Origin: Haliotis rufescens
Taxonomy: Eukaryota
NCBI RefSeq assembly: GCF_023055435.1
Contig: NW_025964223.1
Location: forward strand, 39,928,001 to 39,992,000
Length of the DNA: 64,000 bases
Direction of reading: 5' to 3'
A program made the translations under genes and the position numbers. This document shows, piece after piece, positions 13,558 to 26,844 of the stretch. Within the stretch, counting starts at the first letter, position 1; every line of letters begins with the position of its first letter. Below the pieces are notes generated by a model, which saw nothing but the letters and a program-made list of their open reading frames with translations, was not told the origin of the DNA and made no database searches.

Positions 13558-13822
13558 CCCGTGAAGATCCGGGTTAGAAAAGGTCTTCAGCAACCCATAA
13601 TTGTCGTGAAAGGCGACTATGCTTGTTGGAAGAGGCGACAAACGCGATCGGGTGGTCATTCTCGCTTACTTGGTTGATGCATGTCATCGTATCCCAATTG
13701 CGTCTATCAATGGTCATGAAGTCAGTCAATGGATTATCTGGTCCAAAATCAAATATTTACAGACCGCCGTCACATAACTGGAATATTAGTGACTGCGGCG
13801 TTAAACAACAAACAAACAAAGA
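13558..13822 (+). mobile_element. SINE-like element, family D (non-tRNA head shared with the LINE 5' end)
   Basis: CCCGTGAAGATCCGGGTTAGAAAAGGTCTTCAGCAACCC head, ...AGAGGCGAC..., and GCGGCGTTAAACAACAAACAAAC tail. A near-complete copy with TSD lies at 56390-56655. Confidence 0.8.
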
Positions 13823-14721
13823 AAAGTAAGTAACGAATGTAATGTTTTTGAAAGTAACCCCGTACTCAATGGGATGTCATTGTCGGTCCCAGCGGAACCT
13901 GGCTCGGCAAAGGGACGCGACTGTTCACATCGAATTGGGGCGCTTTAGACAACGAAACTATCTGTGTTCGCAAATAGTATTAGGACCAGCATACTGAAAT
14001 CATACAGAACAAGGTACCCACGGGTCGACATGCAGGTGAAAACAATAGTTCACCTGGGTACTGAAACCTGGAAAATCTCCGCATTCAAAGTAATCTAAAG
14101 ACCCTGAAAGGAATTTATAGAAGTAAAAGCCTGAGATGCCTTGCTGTGATAATTATGTTTGCTTTTGTACCCACGATGATTGGAATGTCAATTTATATGA
14201 AATCAATTATGGGAAATCCGGATGTCAAACACCGCTTCATCTGAGGACAATGGAATCAGCTACACAGTTTGTGGAACCCATTCTTGATGTCTCCGGTCGA
14301 GAGAAGGGTTAAGTTAAAATAGAAATTTTACCAATTTTCCATATATATGTTGCGATACAAAACTTTATCACAGTCTTTACTATTTACAATAAACAGGATC
14401 TAGTCAATAACCGTAAATTGTACTAAAAGATCCTTAGTATCCTTTTCACTATCACAACATAACATTATTTGTTATGCGGTAATTTGGATGCATTCATTAA
14501 CCTAAGAAAACTCAATTGATGAGAAACAAAGGAGAGATAAAAACAAGTATTATATAAAGGTTTACGGACCAGAATACATTTTGTTGCATTGAAATACAGC
14601 CTTGTGGTGTTACATTCTAGAGAAATAATCTGGTCAACATGTACAACTGAAAACAAGGATACGAGAACTTATGTCACCAACTCAAATTAGGAACGATCTG
14701 ACAATTGTGCAGGAGAATATG

Positions 14722-14778
14722 TGAAGTGAAATGGAGTTTAACGTCGCTTCCAGGGTTATTGCACTTATATAGCGACGA

Positions 14779-14844
<66 letters not shown>

Positions 14845-15090
14845 CTGCTTGTATTATTGTACGGACAAATGCCGAGTATATTGTGCTGGACCACTGAGAT
14901 ACGCTGCCTCGGATACCCCACTCAGACAAAGTTTACAGATTCCGACCAGTCCTTGTTTTAGCCCCTTAATGCCGAGCGCCAGACAGGGTAACAACAAGTA
15001 CCATCTTTTAACGTCTTTTGGTATGACGCGGCCGGGGACCGAACCCCGGACCTTCCGCTCTCCGGGCGGACGCTTTACCACCAGGTGGCG
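14722..15090 (-). mobile_element. SINE family C-like copy with an internal (GT)n microsatellite (about 14779-14843)
   Basis: Minus-strand head GGTGGTAAAGCGTCCGCCCGGAGAGCGGAAGGTCCGGGGTTCGGTCCCCGGCCGCGTCATACC, followed by a body homologous to 4244-4590. Confidence 0.75.
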
Positions 15091-15928
15091 GTATGTAGCT
15101 GAATAAATAACATTTATCAATACGATTGACCTTTCGTCCCTCTGGAACATGTATCGATTCGTGTCCTCTGCGGTACCTCCTATGAATATGAAACAATGAG
15201 CCATTCTTTAGATCTATTTTTATTTGTGTGTCTTTGACATACCATCGGCATAATCGTTTGATCCGACTCCCAGACTTCCCACCTGGTCTTCAGATTTTTC
15301 GGAATCTTACAGCTTTTCGAAAGAGTCAATAATGTGGAGATTATAGCAACAGCTGTTAAATTTGTTTCAATGACGGGAAGACTGGTTCAAAAAGGCATGT
15401 TTTGCATTATCGATTTCGCGATCGCCTTCTAGTGGAGATATAGTTGTTTTTGGGAAGCTATTCTTGATCGGTATAACCATGTCTACTCCGTAGTATGTGG
15501 ATTTCATTGAGAGCGATTTTTGGTAGTTGGTCTGAAGGGGTCTTAAATGTAAAGCGACACGTTGCCTCGGGAGGAAATTTCAACCATTCCTTGAGTAAGA
15601 TGGTGACGGTGACGCGGTTCGTTCTTGTCCGTCATATTGGCTAGTGGTTCTCACGAGGGAATTCTCTGACGTAAAATTGAACTAAAACTCACAGACGTCG
15701 ACAACATGCGTGGGGGAGTGAAACGTGATGACCAGTTTAAACTATCATGTCCTAGATATGGTTCATTGGCTTAAAGAAAGACGACGGTTCTGTCGATGTA
15801 TTCTCCTCTAAGTCCAACCTGGTGAACCCGTGGGCATTTGACTGGTATATTGTTGAAAGGTCATTTGTCCCAGATGGACCAGTTGAGCTGATTCCTGTCA
15901 CTCCCCCACGGCCACATACATTGATAAA

Positions 15929-16105
15929 GGGGCGGTCTGGTAGCCTTGTGGTTAAAGCGTTCGCTCGTCACGCCGAAGACCCAGGTTCGCATCCCGACAT
16001 GGGTACAAGGGATGAAGCCTATTTCCGGTGTCCCCCGCCGTAATATTGCTGAAATATTGCTAAAAGCGGCGTAAAACCATACTCACTCACTCACTCATCC
16101 ACTCA
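15929..16105 (+). mobile_element. tRNA-derived SINE, family B, inserted in exon 3 of copy 2
   Basis: GGGGCGGTCTGGTAGCCTTGTGGTTAAAGCG...GGTTCGCATCCC head, (ACTC)n tail and flanking direct repeat ACATTGATAAA. Confidence 0.88.
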
Positions 16106-17586
16106 CATTGATAAAAAGTGGGATAATTTCCCCTTCTGTCTATGAATGGAAGGAAAGCGTGTCAAAGTAGTCAAGAGTAACATCCATGAAGCTTGCTACC
16201 GCTTTCCAGAACGAAAATTCCCTTGCATCGAAAAAAGTTCCGTTAGGGTGAGTCCAGATACTTTTATGTTAAATCTTGCATGGAGTTTCTCAGCAACGGT
16301 CTTGTGAAAGATGGAGACAGTCGTGATGTTCATGATCGGCCATTGAGCATCTGGTTCATTGATGACCTCGATGTAACGCGGGATCTGACCCGGAAACCCG
16401 GAACCTCCTTGCACCATCAACAACATAAATTCTGGGACTGGTTCACCCATCTTGGCAAATTATGAGCTGAAACCAGCAAATTTAAAAAACTCGATTAGAG
16501 TTTGGAGAATTTAGAGTCCGACAAGGATGAAAATGCCGTTGACTGACGTAAATCAACTTTCACTCACTGTTGTCAGGAGACACAGGAGAAATTCAATTAA
16601 GGAAAAATAACCAGGTCATATCTATTTGTTATTCAAGTGCTTTTTATCTTTTGCACTTAAAATGTGCCGATGTAGATCTCAATAATAATATATCAGGCAT
16701 TGGTACCTGCATGTACAGTGTGGCAATACCAGTTCCAACCTCATTCTGAACATTTGAACTACGTTGTACCACGAATGGTCCAATGATACACCTACTAATG
16801 TCAACTTGTGACTTAACAGATTACGTCATACTCCTGATTCATTCGCTAAGAGCTGTGTCAGGTGGAACTTGTGGGAATTTGAACTTGTTGCTTCCCTTTT
16901 GCTTGAAATATGTTTTATTTGTTTTATGCCGACGATAATGAATATGAATACCACTAAAACCTTAGTGATGGAAAATGTATTACATGTTAATGACATTTTG
17001 TTTTCTGGTGACTCTCATTATCAGGATCATTTCATTCTTATAACCACTGATAATGTTATCAAGGTAACTGGAGAACAGTTCCCGTTGCTGGGTGACGTTC
17101 GTCAAGTAGCATGGATCAGGGTAGCCACTATGGTTTCGGTCCTCTGGCCACTGCAATCAATATCGGTTATTGAATTGTTTTTCCACTTCAAATAGTAGTT
17201 TTGGTGAAAGTAGCCGCTAGGGTCTGGATCCTCTGGCAACGATATAATGAATATGTAGAAAAAGTGTTATTTCTTATAATCCTTTAGGACTAACTGTTGT
17301 TCACTGAAAACGTATCACAGCAGAATAATGGAACTAATTATGTGTAAAACGAAAACAATATTTCGAAATTCATCCTTGTTACAAGAATGTCAATTCACCT
17401 TCTCTTCATCAACCATGATAACATATGTTTGCTTGGGCGATCAAGACACATCTAGCAAGTATTATATATGCCAACTAAATAGCGAATATGGTTGTGATTA
17501 ACACAGTGTCTTATCCTTAACAAGAGATCGACATCAGTACGTTGATCTCCTTCAGCTAGACTGCTATATATATCACGAGAAAATAA

Positions 17587-17754
17587 GAGTGAGTGAGTGA
17601 ATATGGTTTGACACCGCTTTTAGCAATATTCCAGCAATATCACGGCGGGGGACGCCAGAAATGGGCTTCACACATTGTACCCATGTGGAGAATCGAACCC
17701 AGGTCTTCGACGTGACGAGCGAACGCTTAAACGCTAGGCTACCGGACCGCCCCT
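17587..17754 (-). mobile_element. tRNA-derived SINE, family B
   Basis: Reverse-complement homologue of 15929-16105, with TSD GAGAAAATA at 17577-17585 and 17755-17763. Confidence 0.88.
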
Positions 17755-18120
17755 GAGAAAATAGAAGGCTACAATATGCAATGAATAATTGCATTATATA
17801 GAGGCCATAATACAACATATATTTTTGGTAAAGTCGGTTATTTTTCCAATATTACTACAACTTGCAATATGAATGAACTAACTCTTCAGCTGAAACACAG
17901 TTGGAATACAAGATATGCTTGCTTTAGTTTGATGAGAATCTCACATCTTGGAAGAGACGATCATCATTATCTTCGTGTTAATTTGCAAAAGGTAACGATA
18001 AAAGTAAGTGAAATATCAAAATATGGAAAAACAGATTCCATGTCCCTTATGAGCCACCGTAGGACTAACTGGTGTTCACTGAAAATAAACGCATTTATTG
18101 TGTGCTTCTATGATGAAGAG

Positions 18121-18390
18121 GGGGCACGGGTGACCTAGTCGTCTAAGGCACCGCGATTCGCTGTGTAGAGTTGCGTCCGTTTGGCACGCCAGAAACCTAT
18201 GATTGTGGGTTCGAATCCCGGTTCGCCCCGATTATGTTTCTAGGTTTGTCAGCACCATACCCGTGCTCGTGGGTTTCACCGAAATGGTAAACGTCGGAGA
18301 CTTCGGGCTTTCCTCCCACATTAAACTGACACGCCGTGATATAACTGCAATAATGTTAAAAAGCGGCGTTAAAACCCAACTCACTCACTC
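18121..18390 (+). mobile_element. tRNA-derived SINE, family A
   Basis: A-box-like GTGACCTAGTCGTCTAAGG, B box GGTTCGAATCCC and (ACTC)n tail. Confidence 0.88.
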
Positions 18391-19312
18391 TTTGATCAAG
18401 AGCAATCAAGCAAGAACAATGTATTATCTATGCCAATTGAACAGCGAATATAGCCTTATTTCATTCACTTTTCAGAGATAGACAACAGTAGGTTGATCTG
18501 AGCAACACAGTCAGGTAGCAGTCTTACTATATTTATCACAATGTAAACCCGGATGAGTTGAACTGGGTTTGTCGAATTCCAAGTTTTCACGACTCAATTT
18601 AATGTGCGAAGAGTTAAACCTTACTCTGTTTCCTAAAACTTTCACAACAAGTATTATGAGTAAGTCTCACATCTTTGAAGAGAAAATCGTCGTAATCTCT
18701 GTGTATCCAGCGTCCAATGTCTTGGAATGAGAGATTCGTGTTCTAGACCATTGTGCTTGTTTCACCTGTCGGCTTCATGGCGAAGATTACCTCCTTTTGC
18801 TAGCCACTCAGGATAGATCACAGTCGTGTTACTGAAAACTGTGCCTATTGAAAGGCTTAGTGTGAAAAGGACCAGTGTCCATTTCATTGTCGCTGATTTC
18901 TGCTTAGAAAGAATATTAGTGTTCTGCTTGCGAGTGACAGTGTTTATAGCATGAAATAGTGTATTGCTTATCACTGACCTTGATACATTTTCCAAGTTCT
19001 AAAAACGTACAAACATGATAAGGAATGACCGATTACACTACAGAGGTGAAGGGACAGCGCAGCCTAGATGTCAGTGAATGTACTAGTCATTGTGAATTGC
19101 AAAAACGTTAGGATATGACTTATTATTGAAAAAAATACTCCCAGAAAATAATTAATTAATTAATATTAATTATGCTGCAAACTATTGAAAAGAACAATCA
19201 AAAATACATTGTTGTAAGATGTTTAAAAGTTTAAAAAAAATCTGGTTTAGCAACCATAGCGGTAGATAATATCCAGTCTCCATATAAAATCCCAGCTCCC
19301 CACCAGAATATC

Positions 19313-19471
19313 AGATATAAGTTCGCTGTATACGTTAGTTCGCTGTAGAGAGTACGTTATGTACGTACATTTTATGTGATGATATATAGGAGATAAATCG
19401 GGATTTTGTAACAGTTCGTTGTATCCGTTTGTTCGCTCTATCTGTGTTCGTTATATCCGTCTTCTATTGTA
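19313..19471. mobile_element. Fragment of a non-autonomous DNA transposon (MITE-like)
   Basis: Repeated TTCG(C/T)T(G/A)TA motifs ending ...TTCTATTGTA. The segment is absent from the paralogous position near 24740. Confidence 0.5.
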
Positions 19472-21254
19472 GTTTGTAGCTGACAATTCAGAACAGTCAA
19501 AATATATTCTAAATTGAAATTTCAATCTCTCTTTAAAATGATTCTGATGTGTCTATTCCCACTACAATGGAGATGCAATATTTAACATTTGCAGCACATG
19601 GACATATATGTGTTTCAAATATTTCAAATATACTATTCCTGTCGTATTTCTATCTGCGTGGTGTTTCTACTGATCATAATTACCGACAATAAACCGTCAC
19701 TGACCATCTATACCATATAATGTTTTGTAAAACACATTTCCAATCCCTAAATTGATTTGAATAATTTCCATCCTTTTTTTCGTTTGAAGATAATCTGTAG
19801 TTAACCACATTATCCTGTCAGACATTAGTACTGAACACTTGTTTCAAAATGCACAACTTAACATGCTGCATGGTGATATTCAAGATCTTCCCATTTCGCA
19901 TATCATCTCCCAGTCTCTGTACTTGCATGTTACTGAGCAACACTACGACATACACATGGATACGCATACGTTCAAATTAAAATATATTTCATGTGTAAAA
20001 TACAGGAAGTCTTACACTTTAAATGCTACTTACAAACCGTCAATTAAACTACCTGGAAGGAAAGATGTCGCCTCACATCGGGTGGTCATCAAGTGCCCTG
20101 TGCTCAACTCTTCGGACTAATCATATCAATGATTACGCTCCATGCCTCGCAATTCAATCAACAGTGAGAAGGACGATTACTCAAACCGTTAGATTAGAAC
20201 TACAACTGTTTGCAAAGTCATCATTACACCCGTTTCTAACCAGGCTGACCCACACAGATGTGCGTGGGCCGACCTTTCAAAAGATATTTTTATATTATAT
20301 TTTCTGTCTCTACACCAGATTATTGTCACCAGTTCCTTTTGTCCTGGCCAGGTTTTTTTCAATGTATGTTTTTTGTGTGTGTTATCGTTAAACGTCGCGA
20401 CTTTCTCAGTGCAGTATTTCCTTCATGAAAGTACAAAAATATAAGATATTCATATCTATCCAAAACAGAGAAAGCATTTGTACAATGTTAACAAGAAACA
20501 AGACTATTTAGGCCAAATTTGCGAAAATGTGTTCTGTACATTATTCCTGCTCTGTGTAGCTTAAACACTTATACATGACAATTCACTAGCAACTGCATAT
20601 GGATCCTATCAACTTATCTGAATTATAGGACGGTATACGTATAATTGCCATGGCGTAGTCAATGTTATAAGTATTGGGCACTGGCAAGTTTGGCATGTGG
20701 TATACAAGTTTTGGTTGTTCTAAAAAAGTGATTAACGAGAAGGAAAACGAGTGCGAATTTGGAAGATATTGTACATCTTCATACGTCGCTGATGTGTATT
20801 TCAATCAAACTGTAAGGATTCCAAGTTAAAACAGGTCCCAAGTAACATGTTTTCTTATTTGATCAGACTTGGTTGACTGCATGTCATTGTAGTAAGATTG
20901 CTCACAATATTAACCATTGGTTTGTCTGTCGCAATCTTTATTTTCGTACATACCGTCGCCATATATAGCTAGAATATTGCTCAGTGCGGCATTAAACAAC
21001 AACAAACACGAAGAGAATGCCCTCTTGCTGTTTGTATAGACAATTCATAGACAATTTGGATGTTGTACCAGTTTCCACTGTGTTGATGAATATCAGTGGC
21101 GTTGTTTTTAATATACATCAGTATGTGCATTATAGATCACAATCATTATAAAAGACATACGTGGAGACAAGAAGCACTTAAGCCAAGTTTATTGTAACAA
21201 ATTTGTTTTATGGTGTCATTACAATTAAGGAATGTGTCGGAATGTTTCATATTA

Positions 21255-24200
21255 TCAGGACTTCACATCAAATAGGACACGTTTGGCTGTGACGAGGGCA
21301 AGTGAAGAAACATATCCCGCCGTCATGTTGTTAGAGAAGTGGACCTGTACCTGGTTAGCCCCGGTGACAAATAGGGAGGTAGGGACATCAAACTCCCAAA
21401 CTTCCCAATAGGTTGGACTGTCAAACTTGTCAGAATCATACAGCTTATAGAAAGAGTCAAGGCGGTGGAGATTGAAGGTAATATATGAAACACTGTTTGT
21501 TACATTGATCGGCCAACTGGTTGAAACTCTCAGTCTTGCACTGTGATATTGGCCATTTGGTAGAGATATAACTGTCTTGATATTGCCCTTGATTGGTATT
21601 AGTGAATCAGCTCCGTAATATGTGGTTTCGTTGAGAGTGACCGAAGGCAGTGTGTTTGAAGGGGTCTTGAATGTGAAATGACATGTTGCCTCAGGGGGAA
21701 GTACAACCATTCCTTGGGTCATGTCGAAGGGTTCTTTGAAGGTGATGACTGGGTCCCAATTGTCCTTGATGGTGATGCAGGTAGCTTCTCCAGTGGTTGG
21801 TTTGATCCAGCCGTCTTGAAAAACTAATTTAACATTCTGTGACTTCTGAGAATAGCTGTGTAAGAGAATGACGGTTTCATTATACAAGGAACTGGACATT
21901 GCTAATGGCGAAACCGTTCGTTCCTCTCCATCATACTGACTCGTGGTTCTGATGAAGGCGTAGTCTGATGTGAAATTGTACCAAAACTTGTAGACATCGA
22001 CGATATGTGTAGCGTTTCCTTGAAGAGTGAAAAGTGACCAGTTGAGACTGTCATGTCCTGGGTATTTTTCATTAGCTAAGAGAAAGACAACTGTCCTGTC
22101 AATGTATTCTCTGAGACCAAGTTGAGTGAATCTGTGGGCATTGGAGTGGTATATTGTTGCAAAGTCGACAATGCCCGATGGAGCTATTGAGCTAATTCCT
22201 GTCACTCCACCGCGACCATATTCACTGATAATAATGGGGGTAATTTTTCCTGTCTTCAGATAGGCATAGTTTTCAACAAGGTCGACAAATGCTACCAGTC
22301 GCGCTTCATTCATACCAGCAAATCGGTGAGATTTTCCTGAAACAATAAGTGAGTTGTACGAATGAAAGGAAAACACATCTAAATATTCTAAAGTTGTGTC
22401 CATGAACTGTGCCACTTGGCTCCAAAACGAAAAGTCGTTTCTGTCCGCCGCTCCAGAATACCCTGTGAGTGTAGGGCCAGCCACGTTGATATTAAATCTG
22501 GCATGTAGTTTCTCCGCTACTAATTTATGAAAGATGGAGACAGTCGTAAAGTTCATTATCTTCCATTGAGCATCCGGTTCATTGATGGTCTCGAAGTATG
22601 GAGGAATCTGACCTTTGGTAAAATCATAGATTCCTTGCACCATCAACAACATGAATTCTGCAGCTGCATCTACGTTGTTGGGGAACTGACCTTCATGTTG
22701 GGACTGGTTCATCCAATTCGGCCAATTATGAGCTGAAACAAACAAATTTAAAAAATCGATTGTTTAGAGACCAACAGGACATTGATGGAAATAAGGGTTG
22801 ACCATGGCACAATCAACTTTCATTCTATCTTGTCAGTGGACATAGGGGAAATCGAATTAGCGGAAAATAAACAGTTTATTGAATTTAAAATATGTTTGCA
22901 CCTGTATATCGCATATGAAATCATATCAGTAATTGGGCACCACTATTTCACAAATGGGTACTTGCATGTACAGAGGGGCAAAAGCAGTTTCATCCTCATG
23001 CTGGCCCAACCCACATACATGTCCATATTTCAACTTATGACTCAACAAATTACGCCATCATCCTCTTTCATTACTTATTGCTGGGTAAAACGTTGCAGGC
23101 GTCTTTGTTATTTGTAGGAATTTAGATTTTGTTGCTTCTGTCTTGCTTGGAATCCTTTGCATTTTTTCGTGAGGACGAATGTGATTATAAATACCTCCAA
23201 ATCCTTAGTGTTTTAAATTATATTACATATTACTGACATTTTATTTTCTGGCAACACTTACCTCTCATCATCATGACCATTTCATTCTTATAACCACTGT
23301 TGATGTTAGTGAGGTACCGGGAGAACACTTCCTTTTGCTTGGAAACGTTCTTCAAGTAGTTAGGGTCAGGGTAGCCGCTGTGGTTTGGATCCTCTGGCCA
23401 CTGTATAAAAAATAAGTAAAATTTTCTTATCTACAATAAACTTTCATGACTTTACTGAAAATAAATGTAAAATGGAATTTTGTGTGTGTAAAACCAAAAC
23501 ATTATTTCAAAAGGCAACCAGTTGTTACATTTCCAAAACGTATCTCCATGCACCTTCTCCACATCAACCTTGATAGCACTTATCATGGGCTTGTATGATC
23601 AAGAGCAATCAAGCAAGTACAATGTACTAACAAAACCATTTGAACAGCGAATATGGCCTTATTCCATACAGTTTTGAATCCTAAACAATAGATAGACATA
23701 ATAACGATGATCCTAGTGTCTCATTCAGCTTGTCAACTACAGTCGAACACCATTGTCTCGAACTTGGATGTGTTGAATTCCCGTATGTGTCGACTTCGCA
23801 GTCCGGAACCACTGCACTTTCACTATATTTATCCCTATGTTAACCCGGACGAGTTGAACTGGATTTGTCGAATTCCCAGTTGTCTCGGACTCAATTTAAA
23901 GTGCCTAGAGTTTAAAGAAGCTAAAACCTTACCCTGTTTCCTAAAACAGGTATCATATTGTTCCTATGCTAGGATAAAATCATAATTATGCAAAACAGTA
24001 CTGCATCGTTTCTAATGGTAGTTTTATGTTGGTACTCTTTTCAGTATTACTACAACAAGTTTTTTTAAATAAATCTCACATCTTTGAAGAGAGAATCGTC
24101 ATAATCTTCGTGTATCCAGCGCCCGCTGTCAGTCCGAATGCTCCGACAACTTGGAATGAGGGATTCGTGTTCTAGACCATTGTGCTTGTTCCACCTGTCG

Positions 24201-24319
24201 GCTTCATAGCGAAGATTACCCCCCTTTGCTAGCCAATGAGGATAGATCGTCACAGTCGTGTCACTGTGTACAATGTCTACTGAGAGGGTCAATGTGAAAA
24301 GGACCAGCGTCCGTTTCAT
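21255..24319 (-). CDS. Secreted GH86-like enzyme, copy 3 (intact, 618 aa). Exons 24080-24319, 23262-23400, 21255-22732
   Basis: Canonical GT-AG sites and exons 240+139+1478 nt in frame. Signal peptide, FETINEPD and ISEYG present; AATAAA on the minus strand at 21188-21193. Confidence 0.88.
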
Positions 24320-25262
24320 TGTCGTTGATTTCTGCTCAACGATATAAGAGTTCTTGCGAATGACAGTGTTTTATAGCTTGAAATATTTTATTGCTTATCA
24401 CTGACCTCAATACATTTCCTAAGTTCTAAAAACGTACAAACATGATAAGGAACGACCGATTAAACAGCAGAGGTGAGGTGACAGGGCAGCCCAGATGTGA
24501 GTGAATGTACTAGTCATTGTGAATAGCAACAACGTTAGGATATGGCTTTTATTGAAAAAAATATTCTTTCCTAGAAAATGCTTAAACATTAATTATGCTG
24601 CAAACTATTGAAGAGAACAATTGTCTGCGACAAAAATACATTGTTTTAAGATGTTTTTAAACACATATCTGGTTTTGCAACTGTAGCAGAAAATAATATC
24701 CAGTCTCCATACAAAATCCCAGCTCCCTACCAGAATATCAAATAGTAAGCTGACAATGCAGAACAGCAAAAACATGATATTTTAATCTATCTGCATAAAA
24801 TGATTCTTAGCTTTGTATTCCCACTACAATATTGATACAATTCCAAATTTGAAGCACATGGACATATATATGTTTCAAAAATTTCAAATATACTTTTGCT
24901 ACCGTAATATCCACATATCGCTTCTACCCATCATAATTACGAGCAATAAACAACCGCCTACCATCCATACCTAATACCCTTTTTAAAACCATATTACAAA
25001 TCCAAAATGGATTTCAATAATTTCATCCAATTTTTGTTTGAACATACTATTAAGGTCAGTAGCTAACCACAATTTGCCAGTACCTGTTGAAAATACACCT
25101 CTCAGATAGATCCTCCTGAACACTTGTGTTGCTTTCCAACTTCACAATGCTGTATGGTGACAGTCGAGACCTTCCCATTTCGCATATCGTTAGCCAGTCT
25201 CGCTACTTCTACATATTTGCATGTACTACAAATACTACGACATACATATGTATACCTATACG

Positions 25263-25507
25263 AATTCGCTGTGCAGAGTTGCATCCCGTGGACACGCCAG
25301 AAACCTTTGATTGTGGGTTCGAATCCCGGTTCGCCCCGATTATGTTTCTAGGTTTGTCAGCACCATACCCGTGCTCGTGGGTTTCACCGAAGTGATAAAC
25401 GTCTGAGACCTGGATCACTTCGGGCATTCCTCCCACATTAAGCTGACACGCCGCGATATAACTGGAATACTGTTAAAAGAGGCGTTTAACACAACTCACT
25501 CACTCAC
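25263..25507 (+). mobile_element. 5'-truncated SINE, family A
   Basis: TSD TATACCTATACG at 25251-25262 and 25508-25519. The paralogous site near 19960 is empty. Confidence 0.9.
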
Positions 25508-26844
25508 TATACCTATACGTGTACGTGTACGTTTACAATTAATATATATTTCGTATATAAAAGTGAGAATTGCAAACACTTTAAATATCATTTACAAAAC
25601 GTCAGTTAAACGATCTGAAAGGAAAGATGTCGCCTCACATCGGATGGCCATCAACTCTTCGGACTAATCATGTCAATGATTACGCGACAAGCTCGAAATT
25701 CAATCAATTAACAGACAAACGATCACTCGAATCGTTACATTAAATACTTCAACTGTTCGCCAATGCATCAGTACACCCGTTTCTTATCAGGATGTCCCAC
25801 ACACTGCTGTGAGTTGGCCAACTTTTCAAAAGATATTCTTATATTATATTTTCTGGCATTAAACCAGATTAATGTCACACGTTGCGTTTGTCCTTGCAGG
25901 TTTTTTCCATGTATATTATATTTGAATGTGTTATCTTTAAACGTTGTGACTTTCTCAGTGCAGTATTTCCTTCATGAAAGTACAAAAATAGAAGATGTTC
26001 ATAACTATCCAAATCAGAGAAGCATTTGTACAATGTTACCACGAAATAAGATTATTTAATCCAAATTTGCGAAACTGTTTTCTGTACATTATTCCTGCTC
26101 TCATAAATAACAATTCACTTACAACAAGATGTGGATCCTTTTAGCTTATCTGAATTATAGAACGATATACTTATTAAAGCCATGGGATAGTCAATGTTAT
26201 TATAAGTATTGGAGCGCATGACCCCGCGCTGGCAAATTTGGCATGCGGTGTACAACTTTTGGTTGTTCTAATAGGGCGAATAACGAGCAGGAATAAGGCT
26301 GCGAATTGGGAAGATATTGCATACATTCACACGTTGCTGGCGTGTATTTCGATCAAACTGTTAGGATTCCAGGTTTAAACAGGTCTCAAGTAATATGTTT
26401 AATCATCTGAGGCGACAACATGGGTCAGGTGGTCAGACTCGGTGACTTCTTGACTGCGTGTCATTCTTATCCGATTGCTCACAATATTAATTATTGGTTT
26501 GTCTGTCGCAGTTTTTTTCGTACATGCCGCCATCATTTATAGCTAAAACATTGCTTAGTGCGGCGTTAAACATCAAACACACATAGAATGCAGAACAAAA
26601 CTCCTACGTTCCTTTATACCCTTTTGTTGTTTGTATAGACAATTCACTGGATATTGTAACAGTTTTCACTGTGTTGATTATTTTCAGTGGCGTTGTTTTT
26701 AATATACATCAGTATGTGCATTATAGATCACAATCATTATAAAAGACATACGTGGAGACAAGAAGCATTTAAGCCAGGTTTATTGCAACAAATTGTTAAA
26801 TGGTGTCATTACAATTAAGGAATGGGTCGGAATGGTTCATATTA

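Larger units (their letters stand above)
15264..18887 (-). pseudogene. GH86-like copy 2, pseudogene (exon 1 18671-18887; exon 2 about 17017-17150; exon 3 remnants 15264-16466)
   Basis: Exon 1 MKWTLVLFTLSLSIG... has TGA at 18762-18764 and a deletion. Exon 3 keeps IEVINEPD but has frameshifts, large deletions and a SINE insertion at about 15929-16105. Confidence 0.9.

Noticed and set aside
14682-15204. Overlapping ORFs with HT/CV repeats
   Set aside because: They are artefacts of a (GT)n microsatellite within a SINE.
18121-18228. Functional tRNA genes
   Set aside because: These are tRNA-like heads of SINEs with bodies, tails and TSDs, and they do not form a canonical cloverleaf.
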